A stretch of 64,000 nt of DNA from Lama guanicoe (lineage: Eukaryota): assembly GCA_013239625.1 (NCBI GenBank), contig MU054391.1, positions 8,899,095 through 8,963,094 of the forward strand. Reading direction: 5' to 3'. The notes under the pieces were generated by a model that was given only the letters and a program-made list of their open reading frames with translations, had not been told where the DNA came from and searched no databases. Below are positions 1 to 14,092 of this stretch, in pieces; the stretch's first letter is position 1; each line of letters starts with the position of its first letter. Both the position numbers and the translations under genes were made by a program.

Positions 1-907
1 TGGAGATATAAAAATTAACTTGAAAGAGACTCTACTCTCAGCTCTTTGTCAGAGCTTTCCTTTTAAGATGAGCTCTGTAGGGCGGGGCTTATGCTAATTT
101 GGGGGTAGAGTTAAGATCAGTTGTTCCAAAGGCATGCCCACTGCAGAAGATGCTGACCATAAACCAAAGCCCTCCATGTTGCCATGCTTAGGCTTCCAAC
201 ACTGGCCCATACCTGCTGTGACCTCTGTAGGAGAGCATAGCCACAATGGCCAAGGGAGCTAAGAATTCAAGAAACTAGTGTGCTATTCATAGGAAGAATA
301 AACTGAAGAAGGTTAATAACAAGAAATGGGGTCTATCCAAGCTGTGCGTTATGGGTACAAGATTGTAAACAAAGAGGAAACAAAGATCAAGGAAGCCAAT
401 ATTTGGGGTTGTTAAAAATGGAAGCACAGAGCAGTGTGAAAGAAGCCAATATTGAACAAGAAGAAATAGATAAAATATGTGGAAAATACCAAGGTACTTA
501 TCTGAGATATAATCCCAATGTACTTGTATGAGATATCCTGAATCAGGCTGATTTCTAGCACTTCGTACTTTTCTATCCTTTGAGCAGATTCTGAGCGGCA
601 AAGGCAAAGCCACATTTCACCCTGGACTTAAAGAAGACTAGTCCCACATGCTGAGAAGTAATTTGGCTGCAGTCAGCTTTATATAGAAAGCAGATCAGAC
701 CACAGAAATGTTCACAGCCCCAGAACTGGGTTGCATTCTCACTCTTTAACCTCATATGAATTATTATACATGCATTTATACATGTAATTATACAATGGGT
801 GGTTTGAATATTTAAATGTTTGTTTTTATATTTATTTATTTTATATATGTATATTTATTTATATTAAATATTTATTTTTAACACATCTGCCCATGGAATT
901 CTGTCTT

Positions 908-1075
908 AGGATCAGCTTTGAAATTTGTGATATCCAGTACAAATAAAAATACAGAGGTCCTTGTTAGAAATTGTTAGGTACTTCAAGACAGCAGAGCATT
1001 AACTCAGAAGTGCAGGCCTTCTAAGCATGGAGCCCTGTGTGACTGGACAGGTCCTGCACCCGTGACTACTGATCC
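908..1075. mobile_element. MER91A-like hAT (Tip100) MITE, degenerate
   Basis: Matches the recalled MER91A consensus (aatttg...ccagtacaaataaaaat...ccttgtt...ttcaagacagcagagcattaa...ccttctaagc...gccctgtgtgactggacaggtc). Confidence 0.7.
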
Positions 1076-1360
1076 TACTTCAAGGCTCAATTCAAATTCC
1101 TCTTCTTCCAGGAACTCTCCCTGGCACCTTAGTTGAAATAACCCTCTCCCTCCTCTGGTGCCCATAAAACATAATCCGTTCTGTTCTGGGTTATGAATAT
1201 TCATGGGTACAAGTGCCACCCCTACTGTAGTAAGAGCTCTTTGAGGTTGAAGCTCTCATCTGAGAGCCCTGAGCATCCATGTGGCACTTACCGTCGTGGC
1301 TTACACATAACATGGGCTGAAAACTGTTCATCAGAACCTGGTATCATTTGCTGAATGTGA
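1076..1360 (+). mobile_element. L2 LINE 3' fragment
   Basis: L2-like motifs 'cttcaaggctcaattcaaattcctcttcttccaggaactctccctg' and 'gtaagagctctttgagg', ending in 'atttgctgaatg'. Confidence 0.55.
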
Positions 1361-4300
1361 GCAAACGTTTGGAGTCAAAAGCCGAACATTTAAACTCCCC
1401 CTCCCATTTGTGGATATTCCATTTTAAATAATTGATTTAAGTTTGATCCGTTGCAAAATTTTCTGCAACTTGATAGGGCTGTCACTTAATGTATTTATCA
1501 GGAAAGGCAAGAAGATTAAGTGCACGAAATTATTTTATAAAATGAAAAATGATTTCCAAATGCCCATGATGCCTGTCAGTTATTTTCAAAGGAATTTTCA
1601 GTCATAAAATTCTCCAGCTTTTTCCTGCATGAGATACTTATTTGAAAAAAGAATAATTTCAGTTATATTAGCAAAGAGATTTCCTCTATGACATGTAACT
1701 GCATTATTGAGTTCTTAACTGTAGATAACAAAATTCACTCTATCTATTTCAAATAAAAATAATAAAGAGTATTAATCATTAAATTTCCAGGAGGGCCCAG
1801 GAACTAGGCTTGTACACTACATAATCAGAATAATGCAGGCAGAAACAGTACATTCAGAGAAATGTCAGTCACACCACTGGACTGTTTAGCAGAACACATC
1901 ATTTTTGCCATAACCTCTTGTGGTACCGATGATGCTTCTTGGTACCGCAGAGACTTCTGATCTGGAAGAATGTAAGTCTCTGTCGTCATGCTTTCAGAAG
2001 CTGGGATCAGCTGGAGTACTGCTGTCATCACACATGGATCCTTTATTTCTACCTCCAAAATTTTTGTGGATAATGAAATCTTGAGAAAATCCTTAAAGAA
2101 AACAAATCCTTGAGAAAATCACAGTCACAAACTTAAGCTTAACAGTAAGAGAGTCAAGAAAATGTAGATGTTTGCTTCCCAGCATTTCTGGTATAGGCAA
2201 GCTATCAAGAAAGAGTTTGAAGTGGGAACTACTCTGTGGTATCAACAAATGAAAAGTGAGCACATGTGACAATGGCAAACATAAAAGAGTGAGTTTCCTC
2301 TTAACACTCTTGTTCCTCCACCCTCGCAAACACCGAGATTACTGCTTTAGCATTGTGATGCTGGCGACACAACTTGCTATCCTCCCCATGCACTGGTCTC
2401 TCCTATTTACATCGATTGCATGCCTGAAATAATAGTCATCAACTGAAAGTGAAAACAATGCACAACTATCTGAGGTTTCGGGTCAACCTCTGAGTGAAGC
2501 CTTCTAAGGGGACTATGCAGGCAGAACTGTACAATGGCGTCCCTGAGTGCCCAGTGCAAAATCTTCTTTGCCTATGTGAATGCCAGCCAACATGCAAGTT
2601 ATTAAAAAGGAAGAGAAAAATATCTGTCAGGTACAGTGTTAAGGAATGATGAACGGGAAGTGCCCTTGGCCTGTGCTGACATTGAGAGAAGGATGGCAAG
2701 AACCAAAATCACGGGAGCTGGACTGAGCTCGGCCAGCCCACTGAGCATGTACTTGGGGTGATCACAGCACTTCAGGGAGCTTTTGGGTCCTTATATAAAA
2801 AACAAAGCTCTGGTCTTGTTCACCCAGATTAAGAGAAAAGAAATAGAAGTGACATGTATTGATGTCTTTTCATACCAGGAGCTGAGCTAGCCACATAGTT
2901 CTAAGAAAGATGGTTCACAAACCCCAATCATCTCAAATAGCTCCTACCCCATGACGAGGGCAGAAGGTATGCAAGGAATCAGGAAATTAGACACATTAAT
3001 GCAACAGCCATATTAAAGCAAGAAGTTGTGTTCATAAAATATTAGAAATAATTTAGGACTTTCTGTTCTATATGAAGTTGATCGTAAAATTAACATCAAT
3101 CCATACTGAAAGCTCTTATGGATATAAAACAGGGTATCTTCCAGTATGTATTCACCAAGGGTTTAGCAAAAATAAGAATAACAGCAACAACAGCATTAAT
3201 CAAGTCTCTCCTGATACATTCTGAATTCCTCTTCATCCAGTTTGCAAATCCCAAGGAAAGTCTTCAAACTGTACACCATATTACTCTTGCCCCATATTGG
3301 TATATGCCAAAATTCCAATTCAGGAGAGTATTCATTCCCACATTCATTATACAAGAATTTATTCTGTGACTTCTATGTACTAGAGATGGGGACAGGCCCT
3401 GGGAAAAACCTCAGTGAACGTCAGGATATGGTCCCTGTTCTAATGGGGTTTATACGCCAGCAGAAAGGAGAGGCAGTGGTCAAGTTTTATTCTGTCTGTG
3501 CAGACTCTGAATTACACTCAATGTCAAGTGGAAGGAGATAGGAATGGACACAATTCATTATGAGACAATTGTTATAGGATATAATCTTACAAGTATTTTT
3601 AAAAGCTACTATTGGCCAATAACATGAGAAAAAATAATTCCAAGTGAACAAAACAGGACTTACTTATAGAAGAGGTGACACTATAACTGGCTCTTAAAGG
3701 ATAGGTTGAATCTTGATAACAGAATTCTAGGCACAGAGCAGATTCTTAGTAAATGTGTGTTGAATGAATAAATAAATAATAGGACAAACATTCTCGGAAC
3801 ACAGCCACGCAAACACAAAGTATGGCGACATGAATGTATAGCCTACATTTGATTTTTTTGTTTTATCTTGTTAAGTGCCCCTCATGGTACCCAATATTAG
3901 TCAGTCTAGGAGAACTTTGAGAAGAAAAGGAAGACCAAGGGACTAGTGGAAAATATGCCTAAAGATAACAAAGACTCTCTATTAACCCAGAGAGGTTAGA
4001 GAAAGTGTCCTTTGTAATTAAAGCTTACACAAAGGAAACTATTCTGTTTCCAAAGAGTGTGGAGCAGCTCATCTGTTTTTCACGTACGTAATTTGAATCA
4101 ATGCCGGATTAATTCATTATTTTCACGGCCAATGACTTGATCAAACTCAAGATCTGATTTCAGCACTGTATGGTGGGTGAAATATTGAAAGGAACATACT
4201 TTCCTATGCCTCCTTGAAACTAATTCTGAACATATTTAGGAGGAATAAGGATGAGAAAATAATTTACAGTTACCTGCCTGTCTCAGCTGCAGCAGGTGTG

Positions 4301-4694
4301 TCAAGTGAGAAAAATATAAAAGCGATAAGAAGAGGTCAAGTGTCAGGTAAAGAAGTCCTCAGGCTTAGTCTCAAGTCTCCATCCCTTCACTCTTTCTTTC
4401 AAATCATGGGCCTTTGGACCCTTAAAAAGGGAGATCACTGACTTGGAGAGTGAAGAATTTCATTCTCAGGTGAGAATGCACAAATCCACTGTGCAAATCT
4501 TCACAAAGGACTCCCATGAGAACCAGATTATCCGTAGGGGAAGGGGAGGCCTGATGTCTTTGTAAAAAGAGAGTTCCCTTCTTGGTGGTACGGTTCTTAT
4601 GAATTTAAGAGAAAAGTATAAAAATAAAAGCAAAATCTAGAGCATGTCTGTGTAAGCTCTGTGGCCTGCAGCACTGTCACACTCATTTTCCTTC

Positions 4695-4825
4695 TTAATC
4701 TGCATAATATTATAGACTCTTGAGAAAACGGAAACTTGGATGATTAATATTCCTAAAGTCATAAAATCTAAAAGCGGCAGAAATCAGACTGAAACTCAGG
4801 TCTCCTGGCTGCAAGCCCACACTTC
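4695..4825 (-). mobile_element. MIR SINE fragment
   Basis: Reverse MIR core: 'gagaaaacggaaacttgga...ttcctaaagtcata...gcggcagaaatcagactgaaactcaggtctcctggctgcaagccc'. Confidence 0.6.
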
Positions 4826-6239
4826 TGTCAACAGTACGGTTCCACGTCAGCATCCAAGTCCACTAGCATCAGCTCTCTACCACCTCCTTTGGGCAGAACC
4901 CATAGGCCCATTGTTACCAAAGGCCCAGAGCTGTATTTGAGAAGACAGATATTGGGGGACTGGTGCATAATTTTACTTGAAAAAGTCTGGCAATGAGAAG
5001 CTGACCAGAGCTGCCCTGACAGTAGGGTGAGCAGAGGTAAATGCAGTGGGAGTCCTAGACTTCATCTCACAACTGGACACGTATTTGTGAGTTTTCATGA
5101 GAGTCAAGTGGACCCTGATGAAGGGAGCCAGGTTGTAGTCATATTGAAAAAACTGTATCCAAGTGGGCTTCCTGGCAGGAGTGAATCAGCGATAGCAGAC
5201 AGAAGTTGGAGTTGTACCATTAGATAATGAAGCTGAGGAATGGAAGGAGGCAATAGGCCATCTAGTCTATGGACCGTATCATCGATACTCTGGAGTGTTT
5301 CTCTGGAAGAGCTTCTGCGAGGAGATCTCAAACAAACCCATGAAAGAAACATCCAGTAGTTGGCATTTGTGTACCTGAACACCCAGAGAAAAGGCTATTC
5401 GAATTGTGTCTGGCAAGCAAGGCTCCATGGAGGAAGTGATGAAAGGTTAATGTTCAAGTTGTCTGCGTGGGGTTTAACAGGGTTATCTCTTTGAAGCCAT
5501 ACCATGGCCCCACATAACATCAAAGCTCTTTGCAATTGGACGATACCATTTTTCAAGTGTTGGAGATAAAATATCAGGTTAGCTCTTCTGTTATTAAAAA
5601 GCCAGTGTTAAGGATGATAAAGTTTCTAGAGTCAGTCAGTGCATCAGATAAGATATGGTGTGCTTTGACCAAGTAATTCCAGTACTGTGTAAAAATCTGA
5701 AAATGAATAAAAGCTTCATGTTCAAAGGTGTTCGTCACAACCTTTTTATAATCATGAAATATTTGCTAGCAACCCAAGCGCACTAATATGAAAACAGTTA
5801 GTGAATCTATGGCAAAGCTGTTGTAGGAAGCTACTGTGTAGCTCACACCTTGGAATTTAGACAACCATCCAACACATCATGGGAGTGGTACCCAGTGAGT
5901 AGCAAGGATACCAGAGGGCACAAGGCCAAAGAAAGACAAGAAGCTCCTTGGTTAAGGTGCTTGGGGCTTCCCACAGGGCCTTGAGAGATGAGTTGTATTT
6001 ATTGGTGGAAAAATTCAGATAGGTGGAAATCTAGCCAATAATAAAATGCACAATGATTTTCTATGATAAAAGGGAACGAATACTTTTTTACACAATTTCC
6101 GTTTTCAAAGCCATTAATTTAAAAAAAAAGATGTAAAATAGAGAAGGGATTTCCATCTAAAATGAAACTAGGATGTAATTGTAGTCAGTTCTTATTGGAT
6201 CTTTCAGATATTAAAAATATAGACTAAATAAAATTTGGA

Positions 6240-6640
6240 TAAACATTTATCCAATAAATTGTGCTGAGATCTGAGGTGCAATGATATATAGGGAAGACCT
6301 CTAATTTCTTTTGGTTTATTTTGAAATAGTAAGTTCAAAAATTAATAAATGATTTGTCCTAATAAACTGATGTCATAATAGGAACAAAGGTCAAAGGAAG
6401 ACAAAGGGTTGAGTTAAGAAAGACTGCAGAGAGGGCACTATTTTGAATAAGCTTATCAGGAAATACTATCAGAGGAAGTGAAATTTATGCAGGAATGTGA
6501 GCACAGGAATGCAAAATACAGCTGTGTAATGTATTTCCAACTTTTTGTGTGATTTAAATTCTCGTAATTTCAGAGGGAAAGGATGAGAAATGTCTAAAGC
6601 AGTAAAGAAATGGGCATGTTGAGAACTAAAAGAAGGCTAG
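6240..6640 (-). mobile_element. L2 LINE fragment
   Basis: Starts 'aaacatttat...tgtgctgagatctgagg' and continues with the purine-rich pattern typical of antisense L2. Confidence 0.45.
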
Positions 6641-6929
6641 TGAGATTGGAAATAGCATGAATGAGTTACTGAGGGTGAAGTGCAGTCCATGACTTTGAGG
6701 GACTCAGAGTCTGAATTCCCTGCTCTCCAATGGCCATAAGCAGAAAAGACTGCAAGGAAGAGTGTCCCTGAGTACTTCAAATATTGCTTTCTCATTTCCC
6801 ACTGTGCACTCTCTGAAGGCAAGGACTGAGTCTTATCCTTAAAAATGGCACATTATTGGTATCCGGTGAATAAATAAAAGAATAAGGATTAGATTTCGAA
6901 AGGAATTTTAGTATTTATGTGCATTTTTG

Positions 6930-7798
6930 TATATTTTTTATTGAAATATAGTTGATTTACAATGTTGTTAGTTTCTGGTATACAGCATAGTGATTCAGTT
7001 ATATATACATATATTCTTTTTCATAGTATTTCTCATTGTAGGTTATTACAAGATATTAAATATAGTCTCCTGTTCTATACAGTAGGTCCTTGCTATTTAT
7101 CTATTATTAATATAGTAATTAGTATCTGCTAATCCCAAACTTTTATCTTATCCCACCCCCCTCTTCCCCTTTGATAACCATAAGTTTGTTTTCTGAGTCT
7201 GTTTCTGTTTTGTAAATAAGTTCATTTGTATCATTTTTTGAATTCTACACATAAGTGATATCATATATTTGTCTTTCTCTATCTGACTCCACTTAGCATA
7301 ATAATCTATAGGTCCATCTCTGTTGCTGTAAATAGCATTATTATTTTTTATGTCTGAGTAGTATGCCATTGTGTGTGTGTGTATATATGTATGTATATGT
7401 GAGATATATATACATCTTCTTTATCAAATCATCTGTCGATGGGCATTTAGGTTGTTTCCATGTCTTGGCTATTATAAATAGTGCTATGATTGGGGTGCAT
7501 GTATCCACTTGAATTGGAGTTTTCTCTGGATATATGTCCAGGAGTGGGATTGCTAAACCTTTGGTAAGTCTATTTTTAACTTTTTAAGGAATCTCCTTAC
7601 TGTTTTCCATAGTGGCTGCCCCAAATTACATTCCCACCAACAGTGTAGGAGGGTTCTCTTTTCTCCACACTCTCTCCAGCATTTGTTTTTTGTGGACTTT
7701 TTGATGATGGCCACTCTGACTGGTGTGGAGGTGATACTTCATTGTAGTTTTGATTTGCATTTCTCTGATAATTAGCAATGTTGAACATCTTTTCATGT
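6930..7798 (-). mobile_element. L1 LINE, 5'-truncated (ORF2 C-terminus plus 3' UTR), artiodactyl type
   Basis: Poly-T followed by 'ttgaaatatagttgatttacaatgtt...'. ORF 7597-7806 reads through the frameshifted L1 ORF2 Cys-domain region. Degenerate TSD 'tatgtgcatttt'/'tatatgcatttt'. Confidence 0.92.
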
Positions 7799-8499
7799 AT
7801 ATGCATTTTAAAATAGAATATTTGCTATTTTGTTTCTTTGAATTTTTCCCTGTAATGTGATTAACACTGATTTCAAGGAGATGAGCTTATAGTTGTGGTC
7901 TGGAATTGAATATTTTCAGTTATGTTGAATTCATGCCATGGGAAAAGCAATGTCTTCTAAATAGAGACCTCAGATATATTTCCCCCATCAGGAACCAGAA
8001 GGAAATTGAGGACTTGGAAATTTAGGTGAATTTTATAAAATCTTATGAGGGATTTGCTAAGTCTAGAAACCAGTTCTCCATCTGCTAAGTCACTGCCTGT
8101 TCTATAACATGGCAAATCCTCCTGCTAAGAGATCAGACCATGGTTGGATTTTAAGATGAGGTGCTATATTTCAGATTCAGGTTCCAAAACTATGCAAACC
8201 AGCTAGCTGTCTTCAACGGGGATTTAGAAAATGGAGAGTGCTAAGACTCAGTTTTATTTATGCATACCCTAGGTATGATTTCTCAGCCTGATTTTAAAAA
8301 TAATTAATAATCATCAGAATGATACCAATGTAGGTAAACAAAGGAATCCCCTACCTTGTTAACCTCTGGATTATATCCAGTCCATAAATGCAACTGTTTC
8401 ATTTACTGTTAACATCTGTTTGTGAGAAAATATATCCTAATTTATAAAGTATTGACTTAAAAGTGAGTTTCAGAAGTAGGATCCAGATATATTAATTTG

Positions 8500-10800
8500 C
8501 TTGGTAAGCACTGTGTAAAAGTTATCTTGGAAAGATTGGCATCCTGATTTTTTTTTTTTGACCTTGTGTTAGAGACTTTGTTAAATTCAATTATGAATTT
8601 TCATGGTTTTCCTTTAAATTGTTTTGAATTTTCTGCAAACACAATTATGTCATCTGTGAATATCCATTGTTACATTGTTTCCCTTTTCCAATTCTTATCA
8701 ACTGTACTTCTTTTTCTTGACTTATTGCAATGGCTATAACTTTGGGTAGATTGTTGAATAGAAATGATTATAGAAATCATGATTATCTCTTTGCCAGTCT
8801 CTGGAAGAAGGCATTGAACATTTTACTAATAAGTCTGACGGTAACTGTACAGTTTTTGTAGAGACTCTTTATCAGAATAATGACAATCCTTTCTATTCCT
8901 AGTTTACGAAGGGCTTTTATTATGATGGATGTTGGATTTTATTTTATGCTTTCTCTGTAGCCATTGATTAATCATATGATTTTTCTTTCTTTTTTATGTA
9001 GTGCATTCCATTAATTTTCTAGTTTTAAATGAAACATATTTATAATATCGGCTGTGGTGTATTGTTACTGTTGTATATGACTGGATTCTGTTTGCTAATG
9101 CGTAGTGTAGGATTTTTTGCATCTATATTTTTAAGAGACTTTGGGGGCTTGGAGGACCGTGTTCTATTTTTGTAAGCTCTTAGGTTTTAATCAAGATTAT
9201 GTGACATTCACAAGTAATTGTGAATAAATTGTTTTCTGCTTTTCAACACTCTGGGAGATTCTGTGAATTATTTTGGTAATATCTTTATTAAGTTCTTGGT
9301 AAAATTAATCAGTGAAACCACTTAGGCCTGGAGTTTTCTTTGTGTATGCACTTCATATATATTTGTCTACTTTCAAACTCTCCCTTTATATTTTTAGGTA
9401 TGTCATCTGTACATTCCATAATACTGCATTTTATTTATTTTTTTATTTTTTACTCTGAGTAAAAATCTTGGACTTTTCATACAGGAATTTAACCATTCAT
9501 ACCTCTTATGATCACTGATATGTTGAAAATTACTTTGCCATTTGATTATTTTTATATATGGTAAATTTTTTTTATTATCTGACCTCTCCTTTCAGCTGTC
9601 ATTATTTTTACTAGATTAATCTTTGTTCCTATTTTTATGTCAAGTAATTTCTAAGGTAGACTAAATCTGTTCTTCATTGATTTCCCTTGAATTCTTAACA
9701 GGAGGTTTCAACTTAGAAGTTTATGTAAATCTTATAAATTAATCCCTGTCTCTAAGTGATATACAGAAAAATGGTGAAGAGTGCAGATGCTGGAGACCAG
9801 CTTGAATCAGAATTGCAACCATAATGCTTACTAGCTATGTGACCTTAGGCAATTCACCTGGACTCTCGGTGCCTCAGGTTTCTCTTCTGTAAAATATGGA
9901 TAATAAGATACTTATCTCAACTGGTCACTTTTAGAATTAAATAAATTCCAGTTGCTTAGAATATCAGTAAATACTATGTAATGGTAGCTATCTCAAGCTG
10001 CCTTCCAAATATTAGTGGGATTTTAGAGGTACAGCTTTCAGTAATAGTTTCAAATTATTAGAAAATCTTTAATATTTTGTCATTCTTTTATTAGGAGCCA
10101 TTTTTTAAAATCACATAAAATTTTTTAATAATTACTTATGACTTTACTGCTGTAATTTTGCCTTCACACTTGTAGGAAATGATAAATAGAAGGATGATCA
10201 TTTTTCTGGGTTTAGAATTTCAGGTTGAAAACAAACTTTTTTTCTCAGAAGTTCAAATACTGCAGTCTTTTGTATGCATTTTGCAAATAAAAAATCTGAT
10301 GTCGGCATGATATTCTTCATTTTCTACATAAATTTTATTCTTTCCCAGAAAATTTTGGGTTTGAAAAACATTTAAAAAGGACTTATCCTTAGATTTCAAA
10401 AAGTAGATTAGCATGTGTCTTAACTGTGGTTACATTTTTATTATTCCCACTTGGAACAAGTTAGAACTTTTCAATCTGATCATGTAACTCTTTTACAATT
10501 TATTTAATTAATCCCTTCCAGTCTTTCTTCTTTAAAATTTTCTTTTAGATAGTTATTGAAATCCCTGGATTTTTCTTTTATGGCCTTTATATATTTTTTT
10601 TTCTCTTATCATTTATTTTTGTCTTTATGGGGGATTTTATAACTCAGAAATTCAGTATCTTGCCATGACTCTTTTGCTAATTAGTTAATATTTTTTATAC
10701 TTTAAAAAGTGAGATGCTACTTTAAATTTCCAAGAAAAATTATCTTCCATTTCTTACATACACTCTGTTACTTCTGTTGTTAGTGGCTTTTTTTCCTTTT
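8500..10800 (-). mobile_element. Ancient L1M relic (ORF2 RT region to ORF1), interrupted by a MIR
   Basis: Antisense L1 ORF2 motifs 'cttattgcaatggctataact...gttgaatagaa', 'ctttctattcctagtt', 'ggattctgtttgctaat' and 'cagtgaaaccacttaggcctggagttttctt'. Confidence 0.75.
9766..9990 (+). mobile_element. MIR SINE
   Basis: MIR core 'gcttactagctatgtgaccttaggcaattcacctggactctcggtgcctcaggtttctcttctgtaaaat'. Confidence 0.85.
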
Positions 10801-11319
10801 AAATTTTGTGTGTCAATGTAAGCATCTACCTTTAGTCACTTATCTGGAACTAGATGTCTGCTACTTACAGATGGGCAGAGTACAAGTGGGTGAACAAAGA
10901 ACAGGTAGGAACAGAGGTGTCCAGTGCTTTATGGGGATGATTCTACGTATCGTGAGACAATGAGAAACCCCCCACTAACCTGGGGGCAGAGGCCACGGAG
11001 GAGGATCCCTTGCTCTCCCGCTCTTGTTTTTCTCTCTCAATGTCTCCTCTCTCTCTTTCTGCATCTCTTCCTCATCCCTTTGCTTCTCCACATGGGTCCT
11101 TTACTCCCTCCCTCACTGAGCTATCACTGAAGGGTCATGATAGTCATTTGGATAGAGCCAGTAAAGGCTTTATAGCATCTTCATTCCCCTAAGTGTCTTT
11201 TTCTCCTCTCCATGTTCAATAACCTTTATTAGATCTTATCTGTCTTCTAGATAATGCCTGTATATGGCATTAAATATTGTTATCATTTTACAAAATGTTG
11301 TTGATGTGCCAAGTAGTTT

Positions 11320-11490
11320 CAATAAATTTTCTCATAACATTCCAGTAAAGTCAGTTTACCTCTATTTTAAAATGAAAAACCTTGAGAACAGAGGAGTTAA
11401 GAAGATTACCAAACATCACTCAGCTTAAGAGAGACAAGATCCGGAATTTGAACCTAGGTCTGTCTGATTCCAAAGACCATCTTTTTCCCC
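11320..11490 (-). mobile_element. MIR SINE
   Basis: 'tattttaaaatgaaaaac...gagaacagaggagttaag...ggaatttgaacctaggtctgtctgattccaaagacc'. Confidence 0.75.
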
Positions 11491-11539
11491 TTCATGATAA
11501 TAATTCAACCCACATTGATATCTAGTAGTTTTCATAAGC

Positions 11540-12210
11540 AAATATTCATTGTATGCGTGCTATGGAATAGGTACTGCACTCAGTGATAGATACGTATGGG
11601 TAGACAAGATAGACTTGGTGGTCCTTGTCCTAATGAATTTACAGTATCATGGAAGGACATGGGAAGAGATTTTTAAGTAGAGCGATTTCAATTGTAATCA
11701 ATGTAGTGAAGGGGAAGTTGAGGTTGCAGAAAGTGAAATTAGATGGGGAATCTATTTCCTGTTGAACAGCCAGAGTAGCTGCCCAGAACGGGCGACAAAG
11801 TTAGGGGAGGCGTGGAGGGAAGAGAACACAGAGTAGAATGTATGGAGATTGGGTGGACACCCTCTAACATCATTTCTTCCATGCTAATCACCTTTGTTCC
11901 CTACTTATTACCAACCTGGCTCCCCTCACTATGGTTATGCTCAGATCCTGTTGATTATTTAAAGACCATGCTAAACTTGCACCTTTGTTGGAAAGACATT
12001 CCACGTTGCCCCTACTTAGAACTATTTCCTCTGCCCTGTATTTTGAATCCATTATGTTTTCCTGTTTGGGTATTTATCACAGTTTATCTTGTCTTAAAGT
12101 TAATTATGTGTTTGTTTTCCTTCACTAGATTTTAAGTTGTTAAAAACCAGAGACTTAATTACTTTTGCATCTGTTGGAATCTCTCACAATACTTAGCACT
12201 GGACTTTTAA
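11540..12210. mobile_element. L2 fragments in opposite orientations
   Basis: Antisense 'aaatattcattgtatgcgtgctatg...gtccttgtcctaatgaatttacagt'; sense 'cactagattttaagtt...cacaatacttagcac'. Confidence 0.5.
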
Positions 12211-12339
12211 AGATTATCAAAATGGTCCTGTGTAAAGTATCACACGTTTCATAGTTTGGAGGAGAATTGGAAGAATGGTTGTAAGCCATACCCTAAATGG
12301 CAAAAAAAAAAAAAAAAAGTTGAAATATAAGGTTTTGGT

Positions 12340-12532
12340 ATTGGTATTCAGACTTGAGCATACATCAGAATTACATTCAGGTCTTATTAAAACAGATTTG
12401 CTGGAGTCCATCCCCTATTTTTGGGTTTAGTAGATTTGTGGGTAGGGGATGTGCATTAGCATTTCTAGCAAGTTCCCACCTGATGTTGATGGTCCTGGAC
12501 CCCCAACCACATTTTGAGAACCACTGTTCTAG
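12340..12532. mobile_element. MER5A hAT-Charlie MITE
   Basis: 'catcagaattac...ttattaaaacagattt' and terminal 'gcatttctagcaagttcccacctgatgttgatg...accacattttgagaaccactg'. Confidence 0.85.
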
Positions 12533-13228
12533 AAGATCTTCCATCCAGAAGGGCCACAGGTCCTGGCTGACCGCATTCTTTCCTTTCAGAAATGATGGAG
12601 TTATTTGTATGCTTTTGGACCATTACATACATTTGTAAAAACAATAGTTCAAAGAACATAAGCAGAAGTGACTTGAAATTCTGTCCCTCTCATTATTCAT
12701 GGTCTTGGTCAAAACTCACTAAACTTTAGAATCCTCTTCTTTTAAAAACCGAATCAGTAAACCTACCTAATTGGGTACATTATGAGGATCTCAGAAACTG
12801 AAAATATAAGCTAAATGAATAGCACGTTACAGACTCTGAGTAAATTGTAACACTGCCCAGTGAAACTGGAACCGAGGCAACACTGCTCAGGAAATCACAG
12901 CTGTTTTCACATTGCATCTCATCTTTGTTTATTTCTGTACTGCCTTATTTTCAGTTTTCACAGCTTCTATCCCACAGAATTTTGAATTTCCAGTTCTATT
13001 CTGTGATATATGTCTTCTTTTTCTTCTCATTTCTTTCTTTTTTCCTTCTTTACCTCTTTTCCATTCTCCTTTCCTTTCCTTTTTTCTTTAAAAACAATTG
13101 TCTCACACTTATTATTAGACTATATTCTTTGAGATCATGACTGGTGGATATTATACAAATAAGTGTATAGGTAATTGTATAATAATTAGGAGAAATCCTC
13201 ATGTAGATTCTCAGAAAAGAAGCATATA

Positions 13229-13445
13229 CAGCTGACCCTTGAACTGCACAGGGATTCTGGGCTCTGACCTTCCATCCGGCTGAAAATCCAAGTATAACTT
13301 GTAGTCAGCTCTCTGTATCTGCAGGTCCACATCCATGGATTCAACTGACTGTGGATCATGTAGTACCATATTATTACTATTGTTAAGAAATTCACCTACA
13401 AGTTGACCCACGAAGCTCAAACCCCTGTGTTTCAGGAGTCAGCTG
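13229..13445. mobile_element. Tigger2-derived MITE (MER8-like, TcMar), full length
   Basis: TIRs 'cagctgacccttgaa' and 'ttcaggagtcagctg', flanked by TA target-site duplications at 13227-28 and 13446-47. Confidence 0.88.
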
Positions 13446-13780
13446 TACCCCAATGTATTTAAATCACTGGTGATTAAATATTTGGCATTTTGAGTAGGCT
13501 TGAAATTTTTAGATCCTTAGAACTCTGACTGAGAAGTGTCATAAAAGCTGCCTCATTCCTTTCTGTGTTCCTCAGAATTGTTCCTACTTTATTTTATGAT
13601 TTAAAAGCTTATGAATCTGTCTGATGCTCAATGGGGTATATCTCAAAGGATTTTTAGGTTAGAAGTAGGTGTTTATTCTTTTTAGTTCCATGTGATTATT
13701 GCCATCAGTGAACATGGTGTACATAAAAGTAGAGCCCAGAGTGGACATTTTCTAGAGAAAAATTTAAATTAGTGGAATGA

Positions 13781-14092
13781 AATCTAAAAAAGGATACAAA
13801 CGAACTTGGTTACAAAACAGAAATAGACTCACAGATAATAAAAAACAAACTTATAATTACCAAAGGGGAAGAGGGGGAGGAATAAATTAGGAGTTTGGGA
13901 TTAGCAGATACACAGTATTATATATAAAATAGATAAACAACAAGGTCCTACTGTATAGCACAGGGAACTATATTCAATATCTTGTAATAGCCTATAATGG
14001 AAAAGCATCTGAAAAGGATCACTTTGCTATACACCTGAAACTAACACAACATTGTAAATCAACTATACTTCAATAAAAAATAAAATAACATA
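13781..14092 (+). mobile_element. L1 3' UTR fragment with TSD
   Basis: L1 3' end 'acaaaacagaaatagactcacag...caactatacttcaataaaaaa'. 15-bp TSD aaattagtggaatga (13766-13780) / aaattagtggtatga (14093-14107). Confidence 0.92.

Noticed and set aside
760..880. AT-rich low-complexity tract
   Set aside because: Simple-sequence decay with no structure.
1286..1340. Strong minus-strand donor ACG|GTAAGT
   Set aside because: Falls inside a degenerate L2 3' end and has no good acceptor.
1791..1971. Possible + strand exon (TTCCAG| ... AAT|GTAAGT)
   Set aside because: Weak pyrimidine tract and stops in all three frames. At most an unsupported lncRNA exon.
5104..5382. 92-aa minus-strand ORF with a plausible acceptor near 5376
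   Set aside because: No recognisable homology and no linked upstream exon or promoter. It cannot be told apart from chance without RNA data.
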